NCBI RefSeq assembly: GCF_031769215.1
Contig: NW_026781959.1
Coordinates: forward strand, 682,001 to 746,000
Length of the DNA: 64,000 nucleotides
From: Ylistrum balloti
Taxonomy: Eukaryota
Reading direction: 5' to 3'
The position numbers were made by a program, and so were the translations under genes. Positions 57,690-64,000 of this stretch are shown here, one piece after another (positions within the stretch are counted from its first letter, which is position 1; the number at the start of each line of letters is the position of its first letter). The notes below the pieces were generated by a model. The model was not told the DNA's origin. It worked only from the letters and a program-made list of their open reading frames with translations, and searched no databases.

Positions 57690-58330
57690 ATCCTACCTGT
57701 GCTGCCGTTAATTAGCTGAAAGCCCTGTGCGATCTTTCTAGTTTATCTTACCTGTGCAACGTCAAAGTTATCATGGAATATTAGGGCAGATCCAGGATGA
57801 TTAAAGGACCAAGTTCATCTTTTTAACTGCATTTTGACACAGACGACGCTTACGTTTCGTCGGCCATCTTTATTTGGGCACACCTGTCCTGTAGGGCTTT
57901 ACCTGTGTGTATCGCGACTTTTGAAGGTTACTCATTCGGCAAGGGGCGTCAGGTTCACCTGTCGAACACATGTCAACGTTAAACGTCTTTACTGTAACCT
58001 GTATTCATTAATATTTAACTATTATTATATCCAATCATTACCCATTAATACATTCGGTAGTCTTTACTCCGTCAAATGTATTTATTTTACAAAAACATAT
58101 CGCTGTCAAACACCCTGACCACCCCTCATGCTGGACGATTCTATTGCTGTCGGAAAAAGTAATAACACCTCTGAACGATTTTGACGGGAGGACTGCAGAC
58201 GGAAGAGGGTGAACCAGTGACACTGTGTTTCCTGTAACAGTCGTTCTTTTTTTCGCAGCGATATAAGCTCTCGTTAAGATCTCACAGACGACGCTCTGCT
58301 TGCAGTGTTTACGTGTACTGAAGGCTCAAA
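57690..58330. promoter_or_regulatory. CpG-rich promoter-like region upstream of the LRR gene (possibly also an alternative ANO10 promoter)
   Basis: Local CpG enrichment; five YACCTG motifs within about 270 bp; minus-strand donor at 57752. Confidence 0.5.
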
Positions 58331-58971
58331 GCTATATAGGCCTTAGTCACAAATGCAGCATGGCACGTTGTTGATATATTTTTAGCAGAGCTTAATTGCT
58401 CTGCGATGGAATGTCAGGAATTCCATTCAAGATCGTTTATCATATATGATAGGACAATAACACGTCAATGGTTATTTGATGAAATATAGATACTTTGCTA
58501 TTTATCATAAACTTTTATTTACAAAGTTGTTAGAAAAGTTTTTTATATTGATTATAATTAAGACTTTGTATTTGATTAATCATATTTAATGAACAGTGTT
58601 CCTGGTATCACTTTAAATCATTATTTTTTTTCATTAGTCATTTTGTGATTGAAAACATTAACTTCATGTTTTCTTTGATATAAAAGTAACAGCAGTTTTT
58701 GAATAGGAGGATGTTGTATATTAAATAGCGATCTCATTCTGTGTTTAATCTTCATCGGGCACAAATGAAAGTGCATAATACATCTATACCTTTACTAAAG
58801 TATGAGGTTGATATATGGTAGACATTTTACAAAAGTCAACAGAAAAGTATCTCTCCTAGACTAATCTGTCTATGTCCAAATCTGTGCTAAAATCTTTAAT
58901 AAAATGGCATTGTTTACCACTTTAGACATGCCCTGAATATATACCTATTTGCATTATTTTCAGTTATAACC

Positions 58972-59172
58972 ATGGAGACGGTGAATGGACACTCAGGTTA
59001 TGTGGACGTCATCCAAAAATCCGACCGACCTTTCAACCCACTTGTCATCATCGAGTTCACACAAGGTGCTAAACAGGCGGCCATTGAATGGCTTGTGGGT
59101 AAAATCCAGAAGTCTAAGGCTTCTGGGGGTGCAGAGCTGGACGTCAATGCTGTGGTCATGCACCACAAGCAG
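58972..59172 (+). CDS. ANO10: Anoctamin-10 (TMEM16K)-like, N-terminal coding exon; gene continues beyond the window
   Basis: Acceptor TTTTCAG at 58963, donor CAG|GTAAGA at 59172. FNPLVIIEFTQGAKQAAIEWLVGKIQKSKASGGAEL matches the ANO10 N-terminal motif [36 protein letters not shown]. Confidence 0.85.
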
Positions 59173-59357
59173 GTAAGAACAGACTGCGAACATAAAACTA
59201 TCGGTATTGTTACAGATTGTCTTTTATAACACTTTTGATTGGTTGATTACAATTCCTATCTATAAGTTTTGGAAGTATTTAAAGTTATGTCCACCTTAGC
59301 CTTGGAAGTACCTATCAAAATAAGCTGTCAGGGATAAGAGGATTCAGCAAATCAAAT

Positions 59358-60611
59358 ACCACTGTGGATAGTACAATCTCGCCTTACAGTGGACCGAAAC
59401 ACACTTCACCATACAGTGGACAGTAACACACCTCACCGTACAGTAGATAGTAACACACCTCACCATACAGTAGATAGTAACACACCTCACCATACAGTGG
59501 ACAGTAACACACCTCACCGTACAGTGGACAGTAACACACCTCACCATACAGTAGATAGTAACACACCTCACCATACAGTGGACAGTAACACACCTCACCG
59601 TACAGTGGACAGTAACACATCTCACCATACAGTGTATAGTAACACACCTTACCATACAGTGGACAGTAACACACCTCACCATACAGTAGATAGTAACACA
59701 CCTCACCATACAGTGGACAGTAACACACCTCACCATACAGTGGACAGTAACACACCTCACCATACAGTGGACCGAAACACACCTCACCATACAGTGGACC
59801 GAAACACCTCACCATACAATGGATAGTAACACACCTCACCATACAATGGATAGTAACACATCTCACCATACAGTGGATAGTAACACACCTCACCATACAG
59901 TAGATAGTAACACACCTCACCATACAGTGGATAGTAACACATCTCACCATACATTGGACAGTAACACACTCCACTATACAGTGGACAGGAACACACCTCA
60001 CCATATAGTAGATAGTAACACACCTTACCATACAGTAGATAGTAACACACTCCACCATACACTGGACAGTATCACACCTCACCTTATAGTGGATAGTAAC
60101 ACACCTCACCATACAGTGGACAGTAACACACCTCAACCTACTGTAGATAGTAACATACTCCATACAGTGGACAGTAACACATCTCACCATACAGTAGATA
60201 GTAACACACCTTACCATATAGTGGACAGTTACACACCTCACCATGCAGTGGATAGTAACACACCTCACCATACAGTGGACAGTAACACATCTCACCATAT
60301 AGTAGATAGTAACACACATCACCATACAGTGGACAGTAACACATCTCACCATACAGTGTATAGTAACACACTTCTTCATACGGTGGACAGTAACACACCT
60401 CACCATACAGTGGACAGTAACACACCTCAACATACAGCGGACAGTAACACACCTCACCATACAGTGGACAGTAACACATCTCACCATACAGTGTATAGTA
60501 ACACACCTCTTCATACAGTGGACAGTAACACACCTCACCATACAGTGGACAGTAACACACCTCACCATACAGTGGATAGTAACACACCTCACCATACAGT
60601 GGACAGTAACA
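59358..60611. repeat. 27-bp minisatellite (about 45 copies) in an ANO10 intron
   Basis: Unit CAGTGGACAGTAACACACCTCACCATA; the 9-aa periodic ORFs on both strands are by-products. Confidence 0.97.
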
Positions 60612-61120
60612 TATCTGTCTATATGATCATACCCATCATAGATATTGTATCTTATAGCTTGTTAATGTACTGTTCTCAGGGTTGACTTGGTAACAAGATC
60701 AGTTTTGCTGTAAGTTTGGGTCATCGAAATTCTAAGAATGTGCTATATTACACAAGGAAATCCTATTAACGTTCACGAAAACCCTCACATTTTCTGTAGC
60801 ACTATTGACCTAGAATTTATCCTGTATTCTGTCGAAATTTGTGCTGAACTTTAAAAGGTAGGTAGTTAGATACTCACTGCCATGCACATTCACAGACCAA
60901 CAAATGTTTAGTATCTGACAGCTTTTCACAGATTATCTGATTAATTAAAAAACTTTGCGGTCAGTAAATTAGCATTGCAAGTATATGAATAGATATAATA
61001 ACTAAGAAACATGCATTTTTTGTCTCTTTCATTGTAAAACATTACCAATAAATGTATCTGTTGATGTTTTAAGAAAAAGAAAATTTATCAACCCTTCAGA
61101 ATTTTTGTTCATTTTCACAG

Positions 61121-61129
61121 GGTGTCACT
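61121..61129 (+). CDS. ANO10: Candidate 9-nt microexon (Gly-Val-Thr) of ANO10
   Basis: ATTTTTGTTCATTTTCACAG|GGTGTCACT|GTAAGT; phase 0/0, matching the upstream donor; TGCATG at 61144, 61567 and 61889. Confidence 0.55.
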
Positions 61130-62671
61130 GTAAGTATAATGTCTGCATGACAGGCTTGGTTGTCATAGTTACGTCAGATGCCACGCCTGGTTGTTGGTAA
61201 CGACAGCCTGCTCGACTAAATCTGCACATGTGACTACCAACAATGTAGATCAATATGTGTACACCTGTGGAGGTTTATTTATATCTACCTGTGTAGATTA
61301 ATATCCCCGTTGTTTTCAATGCCTGTATATCATTTTATATAACTGCATCCAAGTGTTGATTTACATGTATATATATACTGTGCTACATAATCATATTAAC
61401 AGGTTTTCTTCATCCCATTTTGCTTTCAGTTACATCATCATGTAAGAAAAATATCCTGTTTGTTTTATTTTGAAGTGTATAATGTGGTACATGAAAACAA
61501 GAATTGCTCTGATTTGTAAAACAAATGTCTCTTAAGGTGTGGAAGACAACCATTTGAACAAGTTGATGCATGAAATGTTTGTATGTTAACAATGGTGTGT
61601 GCGCGAGTAAGCATCAATAGTGAACAGCATGGATTTCCTTTTAATATGTCCATACATCAGTTATGTAATTTCAACAACATAAAATTTATTGAATAACCAT
61701 GATCCAGAAGTTTAAATATTTACCAGGGTGATTAAGATTGTGTAAATTGGGTAAAATACCGGAAAATCACATCTTTACATTGAATTCCGGCTCCAGTTAA
61801 AAAAAATTATGAAAATGGCAAATGATTTGGAATTTGTGTTTGTAAATTTGATATGCAACCTTAGTAATGCATCTAGATTAATAGTTGATGCATGAATAAT
61901 GATTGTCCTGATGTAATGGTAGGACCACTATGAATGTATCTAATAATGATTTACTTAAGGTATAATGATCCCCTAATTCACACAGGTCGATCCCAGCGGG
62001 AAAGGGGTATGTATTCCTGAAGGAAACTTGAATCTTCAACCTTCACAAGTTTGCCTGTACTTGTATATACACATGTATCTTCAATATAGCAAACATTTTT
62101 CTGTATCAATGCAATATTTCTGATCACATAATTTAATGATAAGATTCAAAGAGATTATGGAGGACAGAAATTTGCTTACCTAATGCATACTTTGAAAATT
62201 TACTAGTATAGACCTAACCAAAGTGCCTATATGCAAGTTAATATTCCAGCACCCTAGCATAGCAGAATATTTGAATCAAAATCACTGCAACACATACACT
62301 TGATACCAAAAAATAATTGATTTCTTCGAACATGGTTGAGAGTGTCTGTGTTAATTATAGTTATAAAACCTATCGAAATTTAAATTAGGGTGAACATTAA
62401 GGATTTTCTTATATGGTTGGAGATTGCTGATAGGAATTTTGTAGCAAACAATATATGGTAACATTTCTTCAGTAAACAGGTACAAAATATGAATTTAAAC
62501 GGAAACTTTATGCTATACATTAAAGGAATCCGAGAATTAAATCACACAACATGTTTTATGATATAGGAATGTGATGTAATTGTGATGATCAGCAAATGTT
62601 GTTATTTGACTGAAAATATTACCTTACACTTAATATTCTAGACTGGCTTGGAATGTGTTATAACATATTTA

Positions 62672-62980
62672 CCCTCTAGGTGGCGCTGATTGCCTTGCGG
62701 ATCAGACTAATAAACTTTTTAAGGTGGCAGAGCACTAAGAGCTGTTTATTAATTAAAATAATTTGTCAGTTCCTGTGTGTTTGTATCCAACTTAGATGTC
62801 TCACGGTGGCAGTACTTTCATAATTCTGCTGTGATGGTATTCACTAGATGGCAGCACCTTCTCTATCAATGAAATCTGTCTCTACTAGGTGGGAGTACAG
62901 TATTTGTCGGTACAATGTTTGTCTCCAAGGTGGCAGTACGTTTTGTGTCAGTGCAATGTTTGTCTCCTAGGTGGCAGCAC
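62672..62980 (+). promoter_or_regulatory. Array of co-oriented CTCF-like motifs with ~41-bp periodicity
   Basis: CCCTCTAGGTGGCGCTG (62672), TCACGGTGGCAGTAC (62801), TCACTAGATGGCAGCAC (62841), CTACTAGGTGGGAGTAC (62882), CTCCAAGGTGGCAGTAC (62923), CTCCTAGGTGGCAGCAC (62964). Confidence 0.6.
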
Positions 62981-64000
62981 CTATATTACCAATTCAGCAT
63001 CAATTGCACTATGTTAAGTCCTGATCTTCTGTTGCTGGTTGTATACTATCAATCATGATACCCTATAAACTGTAGGGGTACATTCATATTATCAGACTTC
63101 TTTATAATTCTTAAATCGATTAATTAAATTTGCAGACATATTTTGTTTGTTTACATAAAAGTGTGATACAAATAGCTGCAGCTTTAATTGTGCATTAATT
63201 GTAATAATGATAGGCAAGCGATCAGTGTTGGAATAGGACACAATCTCCTGTGGCATCCTTATCATTTACTTAGCAACTAACTATCACGCATCGTGAAAAT
63301 TAGGTACAAAAGCTGTATTTAGTATTTATATTATCCGTCAACAATACTGAAGTCTTTTACTAGATTTTAGCCTAACTACCATTCCAATCCATCCCTTCTA
63401 CCCATCCTGATGTTATCATGACAACTAACATGTCACATTACCAAGGTTTCCTTATTAATAAAGCATAGAGAACTGTTACATATTCCTATTTTGAGGTAGT
63501 GTAGTTTTTTAACGTTTATGAATACCTACAGTATGTACGAACTTTATATAAAAAGCAAAACCTGTTTGGTAACAAGTCTGTGTTATTAGGTAATATGGTA
63601 TGACACTGTTTAGAAAGAAGACAATGTTTAAAAGATAAGTGCCGATGTCCTTATTGGATAGAGAGATTTTTCTGCTGAAGTTTGCCAGTAGGCCAGCAGA
63701 ACTGAAAAGACAAGACATATAAAAAGGATGACGTGATTTTAAATTTGTTGAAGGATTAGTGGTACAGTGAAATGCAATGTTGTCTAAATATAGGATATGT
63801 TTTCTAGCTTCATATCACAGAGGGGCATGGCCCTATAAGGGAATATAAAATGTACTTGTACGCTTTTGCTACTGATGGTCGGAGATGTTTCATTTTGATG
63901 ATGTCACATTTAATATTAATTTGTATTTACATTTTCATGTTGACAAGGGTTTTTTTTAAACAATTAAGGATAAGAAACTTTCATTGATCTGGAATAAACA

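Noticed and set aside
59344-60685. Multiple overlapping ORFs up to 403 aa on both strands
   Set aside because: All are translations of the 27-bp minisatellite inside an ANO10 intron.

Overview
AT-rich animal genomic DNA with spliceosomal introns; the repeat types suggest a bivalve mollusc (inference). There is one N-gap (~4905-5037). I could reconstruct six protein-coding genes from splice sites and reading-frame phase: (1) a divergent NTF2 (+, 4 exons, 6284-12888); (2) SS18/SS18L1 (-, 7 exons, 17239-27750), head-to-head with (3) proteasome alpha-7 PSMA7 (+, 6 exons, 28323-33354); (4) a double-hotdog thioesterase-like gene (-, 39953-41605); (5) a single-coding-exon LRR transmembrane protein ending in a PDZ-binding ESTV (-, 53126-54961); (6) the 5' part of anoctamin-10 (+, from 58972, continuing off the window). 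The rest is a 45-bp satellite with a 1208-bp higher-order repeat (1-~3800), several minisatellites, many Helentron/HINE-like elements and MITEs. The most unusual signals are: a miniature LTR retroelement (TRIM) whose LTR carries a tRNA-like Pol III module; a ~41-bp-periodic array of co-oriented CTCF-like motifs in an ANO10 intron; a candidate 9-nt ANO10 microexon with downstream UGCAUG motifs; a minisatellite built from the PSMA7 exon-3 splice donor; the SS18-PSMA7 bidirectional pair shared with vertebrates; and possible antisense nesting of the LRR gene in ANO10 intron 1. All calls are by eye; no searches were run.
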